Source: Amoebophrya sp. A120 | Lineage: Eukaryota; Protista; Dinoflagellata | DNA: 64,000 nucleotides | Assembly: GCA_905178155.1 (NCBI GenBank) | Contig: CAJINV010000003.1 | Location: 10,501,604-10,565,603, forward strand | Reading direction: 5' to 3' | In this document: in pieces, positions 62,606-64,000 of the stretch | Layout: each line of letters begins with the position of its first letter | Numbering within the stretch: the first letter of the stretch is position 1 | Notes under the pieces: generated by a model | Database searches by the model: none | What the model saw: the letters and a program-made list of their open reading frames with translations, nothing else | Told to the model about the DNA's origin: nothing | Translations under genes and position numbers: made by a program

Positions 62606-63639
62606 GTATGGCGACGCAATATACTACTACTTCAGGCCCAAACGATTTTTAGTTTGTTTTTTTTTTTTGCCTCACCTGTAAAAAGGAAAAGCTACTTACT
62701 TCGCGCATCTAGTTCTAGTTTATGTTTGTTATAACAACAGCATGACTTCTTCCAACCAGCCAGATTCTTTGCGTGGCGGATTAGCTACAAGGAAACAACT
62801 TATGTCGCGCAGTGGGAGGGTGAACGAGTGGACGGGGGGGAAAGAAAAACGCCAGAGGGGCAAGGGAAAAGATTTTTGATGCAGGGCGGGGCCAGGCATC
62901 TGCGCCGCTTCTTGCTGAAAGAACGAAGGCGGAGCGCCATGGCGCCCGTGGTTCCCGTCGTTGTGCGAGCGCGAGGGCCCGCCCGCCCGCACTGGGCGCG
63001 CGTTTGCTTGGCGGCAAGCCTTAGGCCCAAGTAACAACGCAAAGCGTGGCAGCAGGCGGCCGCCAGTGGACGGGGGAACAGGCCGCGCCATGCGAGGCGT
63101 TGGCGCGTGACGCCCCGCCCGCGCGTTTGCGGTGTGGCCCGTTCGTGCCGCCTGCCTGTGTGCCCCGCCCCTGTGCGCCTTGGTGCCCCCCGCCCTTCTC
63201 CCGCGCGCAGCCTTGCAGAACGGGGGCGCGCTGGGGCCCCTGCCGCGCGCGTGGATGGAGGACGGGCGCCGGGGCGGGGCATTCATACACTGCCCTCCAG
63301 GCGCAGGGGCCCACCACCCTCCCCCAGCACCCCCGGACAACAACGGCGCCCCCCGTGTTAGCCCGCATGCAATCTGTTGCGCCCCCGCCTGCTTCCCTCG
63401 CGCGCACCCTCCAAGACAGAGACGGCGGATGGTGGCGCCCTCTGCCGGCCTCTTCGTGAACAGAGGGAGGACGCCGGGGAAGGGTGGTGGGCAGCTGCTC
63501 GCCTGCAAGCCTGGCGCTGGGGCGCGACTTTCCCTTCGCGAACAGAGCAGGGAGGGCGCCGGGGGAGGGTGGTGGGCAGCTGCTCGCCTGGTGATTGGCC
63601 GCCGGTGGCGTTCCCCACCCAACGGCGGCGCACGCTTTT

Positions 63640-63855
63640 TCAGTGCGTTTCCAGCTGGAAATCCAGCTGGAAACATTTGGAAAAGGCATCTGCAGCGCAT
63701 TTCCACCTGGAAATGCAGCTGCAGACGCCCTTTCAATGCATTTCCCACCTGGCCTGTTCAAAGTGTTTCCAGCTGGATTTCCAGCTGAAGAGGCCTGCTC
63801 CATACATTTCTATCTGGGAGTCCAGCTGGAAACACTTTGAGAAGGCATCTGCAGC
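63640..63855. repeat. Array of palindromic TTTCCAGCTGGAAA units following a GC-rich block
   Basis: Several TCCA(G/C)CTGG cores. AAGGCATCTGCAGCGC occurs twice. Confidence 0.75.
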
Positions 63856-64000
63856 GCGGGTTTTGCTGCAATTTCAGGCGAAGCAAGACACCTCAAGGCA
63901 TATCCAGGTGGAAGCTCGGGCGGAGATGTCTAAGGGCATTTCCAGGGGGGACGTCGGGGCTTTTCGGTTTTTTTCCCCGAGTTGCTGTGTTTAGCACAGC

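Noticed and set aside
62729-63994. Multiple long ORFs in the GC-rich block
   Set aside because: Overlapping Pro/Arg/Gly/Ala-rich ORFs in most frames are expected from high GC content alone.

Overview
Eukaryotic nuclear DNA of roughly balanced GC content, with intron-rich genes. All recognisable genes lie on the + strand. They are the 3' end of a TPT/nucleotide-sugar transporter, a very divergent myosin-head-like/ankyrin-like gene, a RING-H2 E3 ligase with two SAP/ARMET-C-like modules, a possible CLAMP/CFAP119-like flagellar protein, ribosomal protein RPS17, a divergent P2X-like channel and several low-complexity hypothetical proteins. The standout signal is at least 11 introns that look like transposon insertions. 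They share the architecture 3-nt direct repeat + NTAT...ATAN termini + subterminal inverted repeats, and many lack GT-AG ends. In three cases the nearest canonical splice would give a frameshift, a stop, or loss of a RING zinc ligand. Two recurring introner families are visible within the window. This architecture and the unidirectional gene block fit an Amoebophrya-like (Syndiniales, alveolate) genome; that assignment is an inference. Also present are long-TIR MITEs, a SINE-like family with stacked 5'-truncated copies, palindromic satellites and a (GCTTTTT)n tract. All exon boundaries were derived by eye and need RNA confirmation.
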